A DNA stretch of 39,528 nucleotides from Aduncisulcus paluster (taxonomy: Eukaryota), in the NCBI GenBank assembly GCA_024181965.1, contig BQXS01012491.1, positions 1-39,528 of the forward strand. Direction: 5' to 3'. Shown here one piece after another: positions 1-12,200 of the stretch. Below the pieces are notes generated by a model that saw only the letters and a list, made by a program, of their open reading frames with translations, searched no databases and was not told the DNA's origin. The position numbers and the translations under genes are program-made. Within the stretch, counting starts at the first letter, position 1, and the number at the start of each line of letters is the position of its first letter.

Positions 1-3000
1 TTATCGGGGATTATTTGAGTGGATATCGATGAAGGATCTGCTGTCAAGGGAGGAACATTTATAAGGATGGCAGAAGAAGAACGAATTGGAGTTCTTACAG
101 TATCTTGGTCATCTTGAGTTAATCGAATAGAACCATAAGCATCGATGCAACCATTTATATTGTCATCATGTGAATGGAGAAGAACTTCAGAAGCCCCCAA
201 TGGAGGTGAAGGCGGTAGAAGCTGTGAACTTAGACCTATGCATTGTTGGATATTACTCATAGTTGATGTTTGGTGTTGCTTCAATCCTCTTCTTTCCTCT
301 TCTCTCTCTTCCCCTTCTCTCTCTTCCTCTTCTCTCTCTTCTTCCTCAACATGATCTTTTGAAGGTGAAGCACAATGACTATCATGAATTGTATGATGAT
401 TTACCAAAGATTCTTCTTCTTCTTCTTCTTCTTCTTCTTCTCCTATTCCCATTGATGTTATTCCTCCATTAATATTAAGAGAACTGGAAGCATGTGATAT
501 TCTTGTCTTTATAGCCTTGCGTAAAGGTTCATTAGAAGCATGAGTCAAGAGAACGGCTTCCCCTGTTTGTACTCCATATGCAAGACTCAAATCAAGTGTA
601 GGGTGAGATACGACTCCGATAGACCCAGTAGAAATCGGGAGTAAGGATGAAAATGAGGGACAAACTGATGGGAGTCGAGAAAATGGAGATGTTACAAGAG
701 GTGAATATGGTGGAAAATACTCAGAATCAAGTACTTTGCTCGAAACTAAAGGAGATACGCTTCCATGATGGATTGATGATTTCTTGGTTTTGGATTCATG
801 GGATTCTCTTTCACAAAAGGAAACAGAGATAGATCGTTTCTTTCCATAATGTAGTTTGGATGATGTTCTTTCGTCTTCACAAACATCACTACCATCATTG
901 TAATCGCTCTTCTTCTTATTATTGCTATTATTAAGTATACTACTACCATTGAAAGAAATTGCATCCGATTGTCGTTGTGGTGTATCATCAAGGGGTGTGA
1001 TTGAACTTCTTCTAGAGCTTCTTCGAGCTTCTTTTGGAGGATTTACAGAAGAATGAGTTTTGTGAATATGATTGTGTGGTGTTTTCTTGTAGAGAGAGAC
1101 GACACTCTCCTGGATTAATGAATTCGCCATCAACCGAGGGTCAAGATCGAAGATGGACCTTGGATATGCTTTTAAATGCTGAGTTTGTGATGGATCATGC
1201 ACAATGGAAGCCTCTCGAACGATTCCATCGGCTGATCCAGATATTACATTGCCCCTGCATGTATGAGAACACTTTATATCGTATGATCGAGTCGGGAAAG
1301 CATGCACACCGATTAAAGAACCATCACGGGCATCAAGGGAACACAGAAAGTCACCAAGGGAAACACACGAAATAACAGGACGTCGAACACGGGAATAAGA
1401 TGAATGATTAGGGAAATATTTATATTTTGAGGTTGGAGAGAGAGGTTTCTTCTTTCTATTATGTTCATGTTGGCTTTGGGAAGAGGAAGAAGAGGAAGAG
1501 GAAGAGGAAGAAGAAGAGGAAGAACATGATGAGTTTGAAGATATCCATGAGATTCCATACACCCTCTTGCTTCCATGCATTTGAATACTTCGAGACCATA
1601 CAGGTTGGATTACATTCCTAATGTCATACAGGGAAACACATCCAGTTGTGCCACCAGAGCATGCAAACAAACGGGGTGACACAGGCGTGGCACATGATAT
1701 AGAATCCTCGGATACTGTCTCTATTAGATGCGAATTGAATAACGATTCTCTCTTCCTTTCAAAGGAATAGGGAGNNNNNNNNNNNNNNNNNNNNCGAACA
1801 CGGGAATAAGATGAATGATTAGGGAAATATTTATATTTTGAGGTTGGAGAGAGAGGTTTCTTCTTTCTATTATGTTCATGTTGGCTTTGGGAAGAGGAAG
1901 AAGAGGAAGAGGAAGAGGAAGAAGAAGAAGAGGAAGAACATGATGAGTTTGAAGATATCCATGAGATTCCATACACCCTCTTGCTTCCATGCATTTGAAT
2001 ACTTCGAGACCATACAGGTTGGATTACATTCCTAATGTCATACAGGGAAACACATCCAGTTGTGCCACCAGAGCATGCAAACAAACGGGGTGACACAGGC
2101 GTGGCACATGATATAGAATCCTCGGATACTGTCTCTATTAGATGCGAATTGAATAACGATTCTCTCTTCCTTTCAAAGGAATAGGGAGAGGAAATGGAGC
2201 CATAAATACTTTTCTTGGAGTGGGGGAAAGATGTGTTAAGTTTTTTCTTTGTGGATTTTCTGGAAGAGAAAGGAGAAGAGGAAGAGGAGGAAGAAGAGGA
2301 AGAGGAAGAGGAAGAGTAAAATGATGGAGAAAATTGAATTACAGAAGAACGACATCTCGTATCAAATAAAGAAACTGTGGTGTCTCTTGACCCAGTCAAT
2401 AAAAGAGACTCGCTTTGAACCTGAATAGATTTTATCGAGTGTCTGTGGACGCCAGATACCGATTTAACTTTGTTTTTACGGACGTCATATGCAAATATGT
2501 CACCATCTCCACTCACAGAATAGACTTTTTCGCCACTAACAGGGTCGAAACAACAACTTAGAAGGGAATTGGAGGACAAATGTTGGATGGATGCCAGAGA
2601 CGATGAAGGAGGGAAGCACAACGAAGATATGGAGGGTGGGAGAGATGATACTGATGATATAGTCGGAATAAACGTCGAAAATGATGGGGAAGAAGAAGCA
2701 GAAGTTAATGAAGCGGAAGATATATCGGAGAATAAATCATCACATTCTATTGTTATTTTATCTCTTATTTTAAGTATGGAATTCTCTATTGATTTTAAAT
2801 CATATGATATTATTTCTAAATCTCCCAAATATCGAGTAATAGCTATGAGGGGATGACGGGGAGAAAAAGCTGCGTGAGTCGGCTGATTGTCACTTGTAGA
2901 TATGGTTATTGGTACTATTTTTGAATGTATTTCATTTCTTATTTCTAATATTTAATAAAAAATGAAGTTAAGGGTATGCCGATGAAAAAAAAAGAAGAAT

Positions 3001-3097
3001 TAGAAAGAAAATACATACTTGATACTGCAAAATTTATCCTTCTTGAACGTTTTATCTCATTTCCCAATAATAAATGTGATAAAGGTGGATATGGCAT
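1..3097 (-). CDS. WD40-repeat DDB1-associated factor, Cdt2/DTL(DCAF2)-like; 3' end runs off the left edge; exon1 3019-3097, intron 2945-3018, exon2 <1-2944 (includes the artefactual duplication at gap 1775-1794)
   Basis: Manual translation shows the minus-strand frame is open from 2944 to the window edge (absent from the ORF track because it has no stop in the window). Splicing joins MPYPPLSHLLLGNEIKRSRRINFAVS in frame. WD40 motifs: PTHAAFSPRHPLIAI, HRHSIKSIQVQSESLLLTGSRDTTVSLFDTRC, GCVSLYDIRN, VISGSADGIVRE. The two DxR motifs and the DTRC ending resemble Cdt2. Long Ser-rich insertions and tail. Confidence 0.7.
1384..2188. repeat. Assembly overlap duplication 1384-1774 / 1795-2188 flanking 20-N gap 1775-1794
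   Basis: Direct copies on either side of the gap. The second copy has one extra triplet in the GAA/GAG microsatellite. Confidence 0.9.
2945..3018 (-). other. Spliceosomal intron, 74 nt, phase 1
   Basis: GTATGT donor, CCTTAAC branch-like motif and TATTAG acceptor. Removal joins ATG 3097 to the long open frame and bypasses an in-frame stop. Confidence 0.75.
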
Positions 3098-3304
3098 CAG
3101 CAAAATGAGATTATAGAAACAATTTGGTAGAAGTATGAAATATTTTCAAAAAGCTATTTATTATGAGTATAAAATAGGAATATATAATGCTTGATACATA
3201 TTGTTTTGAGATAATAATTCTAACTATCACAATATAAAAAAATTGACGATCGATAGATCCTATCGAACATGATTCATAAAATATTGAAGATCGAAATGGT
3301 TCTA

Positions 3305-3532
3305 TTACTCTTCTTCCTTCGATTTGGGCAAACTGATATCTTCTTTTGCCAACTCACTCTCGAGGAATTCAGCTTCAGTACCCAAAGAGGTAAGTAATGC
3401 ATCTGCACGTGAAATTTTATCCTGAATAAGTGTTTCCAGGGAATTTACATCAACTAATAATTTAGAAAGATTTTGTACTGATTCAGACATCCTAATACTT
3501 CGAGCAAAATGAGATATAGTGTTTCTACTCAC
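3305..3532 (-). CDS. Small hypothetical coiled-coil protein (start uncertain; first ATG at 3490)
   Basis: GC-richer island in AT-rich intergenic DNA. Amphipathic heptad-like sequence VQNLSKLLVDVNSLETLIQDKISRADALLTSL. No family recognised. Confidence 0.4.
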   Translation of the reverse strand: MSRNTISHFARSIRMSESVQNLSKLLVDVNSLETLIQDKISRADALLTSLGTEAEFLESELAKEDISLPKSKEEE

Positions 3533-3746
3533 AAAAGTCTTTTTAATATAGTTGTAAACGAATTATATTATGGTATTATGGGTAATTTAATGGCTAGATG
3601 TATATTTTATTGGGTCCAGGCGAACACGCCTCCGATTCTTCTGGCTTGATAACACTGATATTATAATACCTTTTTAAGGTTATAATACTGACATAACATT
3701 GCATAAAATATTCTAAATTCATACTTATATTAATCTACATAATTCT

Positions 3747-6700
3747 ATGGACATTTTTTCAGTGGAAGTCACCACTGCTCCTGGAGAAGTGAAAGAATTG
3801 AAAGCTGATGTTGAAGAATTAAAACAAAATATTATAAAATGGAAAAGAGATCTCACTAAACTACTTACAGATGTGATTGAAAAGGAGAAGGTTCATTTGT
3901 CTCTAAAAAGAGAGCTTAGGGAAGAACAATTGAAGGATAAAATGTTATCAATATTAACTAAATGTGAACAAAGAATTGAAAAGGTCGAAGATGCTTCTGA
4001 AATACTCAAGCAACGATCGAAAAAAAAGGTTGGTGATGAAAAATCAATTCATTTTAGTTTTAACAGTGTTTTCAATAATACCCGAGCCATTCAAGATGAT
4101 TTAGCACCTCTTCTCTCGAATACTAGGGCCCAATCTCTATTTAAGAGGACCGAACGTGTCATTGATGAAATCTTTCTAAGCAGCACTAGTAACACAAATA
4201 TGATCCTTGAACACGAGAGACGCCAAGGTTTAATGGTAGGAAAGTTATTCGTATTATATGTTGGAGAGTACCTTCTTAATCAAGCCTTCCACATTGATAT
4301 TTCTCCATCTGAGAAACTGTGTTGTTTCCCTTCAACTCATCACCATTCCAGCGTGAGTTCAAAGTCGAGTTCTTCGTCATCTCATACGCGTATTACTGCC
4401 CTTTCCCCTCTCTCCAAGTCTCGGTCGAGTGAATCATCCACGTCTCCCGTAAGCTCATCTGTCTCGAGCAGCAATGTAGTCTCATATGCCGCATCTAAAT
4501 CATCATCNNNNNNNNNNNNNNNNNNNNCACATTGATATTTCTCCATCTGAGAAACTGTGTTGTTTCCCTTCAACTCATCACCATTCCAGCGTGAGTTCAA
4601 AGTCGAGTTCTTCGTCATCTCATACGCGTATTACTGCCCTTTCCCCTCTCTCCAAGTCTCGGTCGAGTGAATCATCCACGTCTCCCGTAAGCTCATCTGT
4701 CTCGAGCAGCAATGTAGTCTCATATGCCGCATCTAAATCATCATCGTCCGCTTCATCCTCTTCGACTGGAATTAGCACTATGGGCGACGAATTGGGTTCT
4801 CGGGTATCTTCGTTAGGTATCACTTCCCTTTCTGTGATTCGTCAGTTCATTTCTTCCTCGGCGGGTGCTCGATTCTCTGATTCACTATCATTTTCACGTA
4901 CCACCGACACTCTTTGTGCTCTTTTGAGACGTTGTAAGTCTGATCGTATATCTCAGTTGGTCCAAGACGGTGTATCGGGTGTCTCTCAGCCTCCCCTCTC
5001 CTCCTTAGCTTCCTCAGGGCCTTTGTCTCTCTCATATCTCACAAGAGGATGTATCGATGGTGTCATATCTGTGTGTGGCTACATGCTGTGCGAGGCTGAG
5101 GCTGAGGAAGGTCGAGATGAGATGCGAAAGGCTTTGTTCACTCATGGTGTTGAGGAATGGGTTGATTCTCAGATAGAAATGCTATGTAGTAACCTATGTA
5201 TGTGTTCTCTTGAACCTTCTATGATGGCATGCATATATGATGAGAGCTCTGATACATATAGAGATGTAATGACGGCGGCTTCTGAGCTTGTCTCTGGGCT
5301 TAGTGGGGCTGGAGGGGGTGGAATGATGGATGGTTCATCTTTGGGGGCACAGTATGGCGATTCGTCTTTCCATCGCCGATCTCTCTCTTCTTCACCTTCT
5401 CGATTGGGTGTGGGTCACTTGGCATACAAACCGTATATCCACCCTCATTATCTGAGTAGATTTGGACTGGAACCTCTTGCCAAGTCTGTATTCCAGGTCT
5501 GTGTTGATGTCATCTCAGAGCATCAATCATTGGATGCTCTATCATCTGTCATTCATAAGATTGTGAAGGAATCGTATCTCCATGTTAGAGATATCATTCC
5601 TCTCTCTTCTTCCTCTTCTCCCATGGTCGGAGGAATAATAAGAAGGCAACGGGAACAACTCATGACTGGTGCTGGGAATTCTGTTGGTGGCATCAGTTCA
5701 TTGCCTCGGAACTTTGCTTACTATCCTTTGGTGTCTACTAAAGAAAGTACTGCTTGTATCACGACGGTTGATGCTATCATGAATATTACAAATTCTCTCA
5801 TTCTTTTGTTGACGTCCGGTGTTATTGCTGACTCTAAAGACTGTGTTCAAAGCATATTTATCACATTGAGCCATATTTCCAACTCTGTAGCTTCTAAGAT
5901 ATTCACAAGGTTTGATAATCTTCTTATCTCTGAACCAATGAAACTTGAAATGAGGCAGGGGAGCACTGGAACAAGTGCAAGTTCGTACGAACATTTTGTT
6001 GATGAGTACGGGTCAACGACTGTTCCTGCTCCTAACCCGTCTTCCTCTTCCTCTTCCTCCCTATTTGTACCCCCACAGGCCATATTCTCCCTTGTTTTCC
6101 CTCGTGATATGTTTTCATCGTGTCTTCTCTCCTCCATTGCTCATTCATTCCCTTCTGCAAAAGTGTACACCGAGATGGTAGACTCTGTTGTTCGTTTATG
6201 CGATAGAAAGGAGAGTATGGGTGAGTATTTCAAACAATTCACGAGATCTCTTGATGGAAGTATGCATTCACAGGGATCTCGATCACCGAGTCAAACCAGA
6301 CAAGATCATACACACCACCAAACAGCATCTGCAACTACTGGAGGGGATTACACCAGTGGTGGTTCTGGTTCTTCCTTCTCTCCTCCTGGCAGTGGTTCAA
6401 AGCAGGGAGAAAAGCCTGGGTTCCATAATGACGGTTGTATAGCTCTCCCTCCATCTCATTTCCCACCTGAATTTGTGGCCCATCTGATCACTCATATCAT
6501 TGTCAATTGGAGTCTGTGCTGCTCCACTTTGATTCGTGTTTGTTTCTTATCTGAAACGTCATTTATACAAACAATCACGTTGGGTGCTTGTGAATTCATC
6601 AAACACTCATTCGAGTCGATGATAGACCTCTCTCTTGATCATCGTAATCTCCGTGAACGCTGTGTTTTACTGGCTTTACTGTGTGTCGTGAGTTCCAAAT

Positions 6701-8416
6701 CAGATGTCATCATCTCGAGCATGACAGAGATCGTTAATCTGGCCGTTGAGGAAGGAAGGAAGAAGAGACGGCTGGTTGGATTGGCCCAGAGCGACTGGAA
6801 TGGTAACACTGAGTATTCTATGAGTACGAGTACCGCTGACGATGAAAAGACGCAAGAAGAAATGGGAACAACTGGAGGGGTTGCTTGTGATGATGATGGC
6901 GGTGATTCTATGATAGGAAGGGATAGGGATCAGCAAGGCGGTAGATACCACGTGAAACATTCCCATTCGTCTATCACAGACACTTCCAGTTCTTCCGTTG
7001 ATCTTTCGCCTGTTCGTGAAGTGATGGTTGATATTTTACGAGAGACTTGCTCGAGATTGTTGGATAATCTTTGTCTCTCCATGCAATTCTTATTTACAAC
7101 TCCACAGCCCACTCTTGATCCTCTCAGTGGGTTTTCTCTCACAAGGACGAATATTGACGATTCTATTGATATTATCAAGATAGTCAACGTATCTGAACTC
7201 GATTCTCTGGCAAATAAGTCACCGTATTTACTCGAAACGTTTTCTCCTGAACCGACAATTGTCCCAATGCTGATTGCGACTTTCGTTGAATCGTGGATCT
7301 GTGTTTTGTGTATTTCTGCTCCCTGTCTTGGTGGGGTGGTCGCCAAACGCTTCATTCACCGTCTTTCAAGCTTTGGAGTGACTTCTCTTCTTTGTGCCCT
7401 TGTACAGAACTTCAATGNNNNNNNNNNNNNNNNNNNNTGAACCGACAATTGTCCCAATGCTGATTGCGACTTTCCTTGAATCGTGGATCTGTGTTTTGTG
7501 TATTTCTGCTCCCTGTCTTGGTGGGGTGGTCGCCAAACGCTTCATTCACCGTCTTTCAAGCTTTGGAGTGACTTCTCTTCTTTGTGCCCTTGTACAGAAC
7601 TTCAATGGGACCAAACAGGTCAAGACTCTGACCCCTATCGGTGCTCTCTCCCTTCTTATGGATGTGGCCATGATCGACAATAGAATGGAGGCTCTGGGAC
7701 ACGCAGTTAAAGAATTATACATGCAAAATATCGAAAAGGCCTCACATTATCATGGAACAACATCTACGCTGAGGGGAAAAGAGCACACTGGAGCTGGAGA
7801 TAGAGTGGATATAGGGACATCAAGTAATATATCAGCAGCAGTAGGTTTAGGAGGATCAGTTGGTGTTGTCAGTCCAGTGAAAGTATTCAAGGAAGAAGAA
7901 GATCCATTGCTTGCTGTCTTGGGTTCTGAAGGAGCCTCAAGCAACATCATACAAATGACAAAGAAATTGGCCACTATGATTCAGAGTGGACGGTGGGACG
8001 ATGCATTGAGTATGGATTTCGTTTCTATTCACTTATTGGTCGAGTTACTCGAAAGTATTCGTCTCCCTCGTGCTCAACAGAAAGAATGCCAAGAAGTATG
8101 TAAAAAGCTCTCGAGTTTGGCTTGCAAGATTCCTCCAACAAATACTTTCTGTGATAACAAGGGCGAAACATATTTCAGATCTCCTCTTTCCGGCTCTGAT
8201 TTGCGACTAGTCGACCTTAAAGACACTCCTAGAACTCCTGTTGATGGTAAAATCATTGGAAAAGCAGTGAACATGTTTGTAGATTCTAAAGGAATTATAT
8301 ATTATAGTTCTCTCAAGTCTGGGAAAAAGGTATATCAAAAGGATATTTATAAGAAATCTACATCTTTGTTGGGTTCAAAGGAAGATCTTATTATTGGAAT
8401 ATGGAAACAAGAATGA
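3747..8416 (+). CDS. Large helical-rod protein, probable CATCHR tethering subunit (exocyst Sec5/EXOC2-like); ~1413 aa after removing two gap duplications
   Basis: ORFs 3747-4535, 4486-7440 and 7394-8416 become one 4242-nt frame after removing 238 and 190 nt of overlap plus gap. N-terminal coiled coil. IQDDLAPLLSNTRAQSLFKRTERVIDEIF and the C-terminal VKTLTPIGALSLLMDV resemble Sec5/Vps51/Cog1-type segments (weak, judged by eye). Confidence 0.6.
4290..4745. repeat. Assembly overlap duplication 4290-4507 / 4528-4745 flanking gap 4508-4527
   Basis: 218-bp direct copies either side of the 20 N. Confidence 0.9.
7248..7607. repeat. Assembly overlap duplication 7248-7417 / 7438-7607 flanking gap 7418-7437
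   Basis: 170-bp copies differing by a G/C substitution (7285 vs 7475; Val/Leu). Confidence 0.9.
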
Positions 8417-9090
8417 GGTCTTTTTCAATCAAAAATAAAGTAATTGCCCCGACTCAAATCAATGTATACCTCATCTTGAATTAATATTCAAATATATTAG
8501 TAATATATTAATAATATTACCATCAGGAGGAGGAGTTCTACTTGAACGAAGATTGGGTCGTCTTCATACTCAATATCATCTCTTTCTCTTTCTCGATTGT
8601 TCTAGTGTGGTTATTATTTGACTTCATTAAGCTATTTATCCAGCGTATGACCAAACGTTGGTGAGAATGCAAAAATGGAAAGCACAGAAAACAACAAAAC
8701 TACAAAACACAACAGAAACCTCGAGCCGATGATATTCACAATGTTCATAGATTTCAACTGCAACTTATCGGCATATTATGTCACTTTATAATCCAATATG
8801 TAAACAAAACTGGGACTTATGAAACGCTTTTGTATCAGGAGTGGATTCACAAGGATGGCATGTAATATATAATCCAAAGAAAAAGTTCATATATTTTTAT
8901 GTATATCTTATGCGATATCAATTTCAAAGATTGTCAATTGAGAGTTGTAAGTTTGGTGGCCATCTTTTCCCGCTTTTAAAACAAATTGTATGTTTACCAT
9001 ATGTCACATCTTTTATTAAATGTACATTAAGAAATATTTTAACCGGATCCATTCAATTATACTCACTATATTGTGCTGTGTGGTTGTTTC

Positions 9091-9121
9091 TTGTTCGTTT
9101 TGTTCGTTTTGTTCGTTTTGT
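9091..9121 (+). repeat. 9-bp tandem repeat (TTGTTCGTT) x3
   Basis: ttgttcgttttgttcgttttgttcgttttgt, ~100 bp upstream of the array gene. Confidence 0.7.
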
Positions 9122-9223
9122 CTTCTTCTCGAACAGTTCTCCTTGAAATTCGCGTTGTTGGATATTCACAAATATCATTGTTCTGTTGGTTATTATTTTA
9201 GATAATATTCTATCTCTTTTCAA

Positions 9224-12200
9224 ATGAGTTCTTCCACTGGTATTTTTCAAATCGTGGAGCCTCAGTTTATTCATGAAGGAGATGAGGGTTACTGCCCAAT
9301 TCCTCGAGATGCCCCCAATATTAAGAGTCCGAAGTTTCCAATCATAAAAGCAATAGATAAAACCAAAAATGAAGGTGAATATGGGTACGATCAGAGTTCT
9401 AAAGCACAAAGGATGATGAAAGGAGAGTGGAATTTAAGACAAATTACCCAAATCTCCATTCCTTTCTCTTTCTCTTCCCCCATGAAAGGGGTATATATCT
9501 GTCTATCAAGCTATTCACCTCCATCACACCTTATCTTCACTCTCACATCTCCAAAGGGTGAGAAAACATCCAAGACATACGAATTTCCTGAATTTAGAGA
9601 TGATAGTTGGTATTTCCTTCCTGTTGATCTCCCTGATATTCTTCTGTGTGAGATTACAGGGAAAGGAAGAGATGAAGAGTGGTTTGGAATCGAATCCCTT
9701 GTTTTCATTAGTAGAGAAGAAACCCCTGAAGAAATCAAAGCTCGTGAATTTAAAGAGAAACTATGGTCTGAAGCTCCAGTTCTGAAACCAGAGTTTGTTA
9801 AGGAAGGAGATAAAGAATCTAAAGGTAGAGATTCTATTCCCATTCCACGTGATGATCCAAAGCTTGTAGATCCTTCATTCTCAATGGTTAAGTGCAAAAA
9901 TGATGTGTTTAGTAAGGAATCTAAGTTGTATGATCAGAGTTTAAAGGCACAAAGAATGTTGAAAGGGGAACGTGGTATTCGCTTATCCCATCTTTCCATC
10001 CCTTTCCTATCACCTAGTCCTATGAAAGGTGCTTATATCTGTGTGGATAATTGGGATAGTTCACCCTCTCTTCTCTTCACTTTCATAGGTTGTGATGGTA
10101 AGAAGACATTCAAGAAGTATGAATTCACAAAACCTGAACATAAATTGACATATGAATGGCATTTCCTTTCTATTGATTTGGATAATGTTGTATTGTGTGA
10201 GATTGAAGGGAAAGGAACGTGGGAAGAGAAGAATAGTCGAGATTTCTGGATGAATTCCCTCTTTTTCGTTCGGGTTAAATATTTTGCACCAGTAGAGCCT
10301 CAGTTTATTCATGAAGGAAATTCCAGTTGCTGCCCAATTCCACGAGATGCCCCCAATATTAAGAGTGCAGAGCTTCCATTGATCATAGCGATAGATAAAA
10401 CCGAGGAAGAAGGTGAATATGGGTACGATCAGAGTTCTAATGCACAACAGATGATGAAAGGAGGGTGTAATAATGGAGATTTTACCCATATCTCCATTCC
10501 TTTCTCTTCCTCTTCCCCAATGAAAGGTGCTTATATCTGTCTAGATGGTGACTCTTCACCTCCCTCATACCTTATCTTTACTCTTATATCTTCAAAGGGT
10601 GAGAAAACATCCAGAAAATACGAGTTTCCTGAATTTGAACATAATCGTTGGTATTTCCTTCCTGTTGATCTCCCTGATGTTCTTCTGTGTGAGATTACAG
10701 GGAAAGGAAGAGATGAAGAGTATTTTAGAATCGAATCCCTTGTTTTCATTAGAGAAGAAACCCCTGAAGAAATATTAGTTCGTGAAGCCAGAGAGAAACT
10801 ATGGTCTGAAGCTCCTGTTCTGAAACCAGAGTTTGTTAAAGGAGTATCTCATCTGCTCTATGATAGAAAATCTTTTGGTAGAGATTCTATTCTCATTCCA
10901 GATGATGATCTAGATCGTATACACCCTTCATTCCCGATGATTAAGTGCAAGGATGATTCATATAGTAAGGAATCAGATTATTATGATAAGAGTTCAAGAG
11001 CACAAAAAATGTTAAAAGGGGAAGATAATTTATGGTTATCCCATCTTTCCATTCCTTTTCCATCACCTAGTCCTATGAAAGGTGCTTATATCTGTGTTCG
11101 TGAGGATCATAGTTCCCCTTCTCTTCTCTTCACTTTCACTGATTCTGATGGTAAGAAGACATTCAAGAAGTATGAATTCACAAAACCTGAACATAAATAT
11201 GAATGGCACTTCCTTCCTATTGATTTGAATAACGTTGTATTGTGTGAGATTGAAGGGAAAGAAGGGAGGTGGAATGAGAAGAATAGTCGATATTTCTGGA
11301 TGGATTCCCTTTTTTTCGTTCGGGTTAAAGATTTTGCACCAGTGGAGCCTCTGTTTATTCATGAAGGATATTTCGATTGCTGCCCAATTCCACGAGATGC
11401 CCCCAATATTAAGAGTGCAGAGCTTCCATTGATCATAGCGATAGATAAAACCGAGGAAGAAGGTGAATATGGGTACGATCAGAGTTCTAATGCACAACAG
11501 ATGATGAAAGGAGGGTGTAATAATGGAGATTTTACCCATATCTCCATTCCTTTCTCTTCCTCTTCCCCAATGAAAGGGGCTTATATCTGCCTATATGGTA
11601 ATTCTTCATCTCCATCACACCTTATCTTCACTCTCACATCTTCAAAGTGGAAGAAAATATCCAAGAAATACGAATTTCCTGAATTTGAAGGTAAACATTA
11701 TCATTGGTATTTCCTTCCTGTTGATCTCCCTGATGTTCTTCTGTGTGAGATTACAGGGAAAGGAAGAGATGAAGAGCCTCTTGAAGAGTGTTTTAATATC
11801 CGAGGAAGATGCAAACAATATTTTGGAATCGAATCCCTTGTTTTCATTAGAGAAGAAACTCCTGAAGAAATCATATTTCGTGAATTTAAAGAGAAACTGT
11901 GCTCTGAAGCTCCAGTTGTGAAAGCAGAGTTTGTTAAGGAAGGAGATAAAGAATCTAAAGGAAGAGATTTTATTCCCATTGCACGTGATGATCCAAAGCT
12001 TGTAGATCCTTCATTCTCAATGGTTAAGTGCAAGAACGATTCGGTGAGTAAGGAATCTGAGTATTATGATCAGAGTTTAAAGGCACAAAGAATGTTAAAA
12101 GGGGAAGGTAGTGTTCGCTTATCCCATCTTTCTATCCCTTTCCCATCACCTAGTCCCATGAAAGGTGCCTATATCTGTGTGGATAATTGGGATAGTTCAC

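Noticed and set aside
145-2856. Many short ORF-track ORFs on both strands
   Set aside because: Antisense or off-frame shadows of the long minus-strand WD40 gene, driven by low-complexity repeats.
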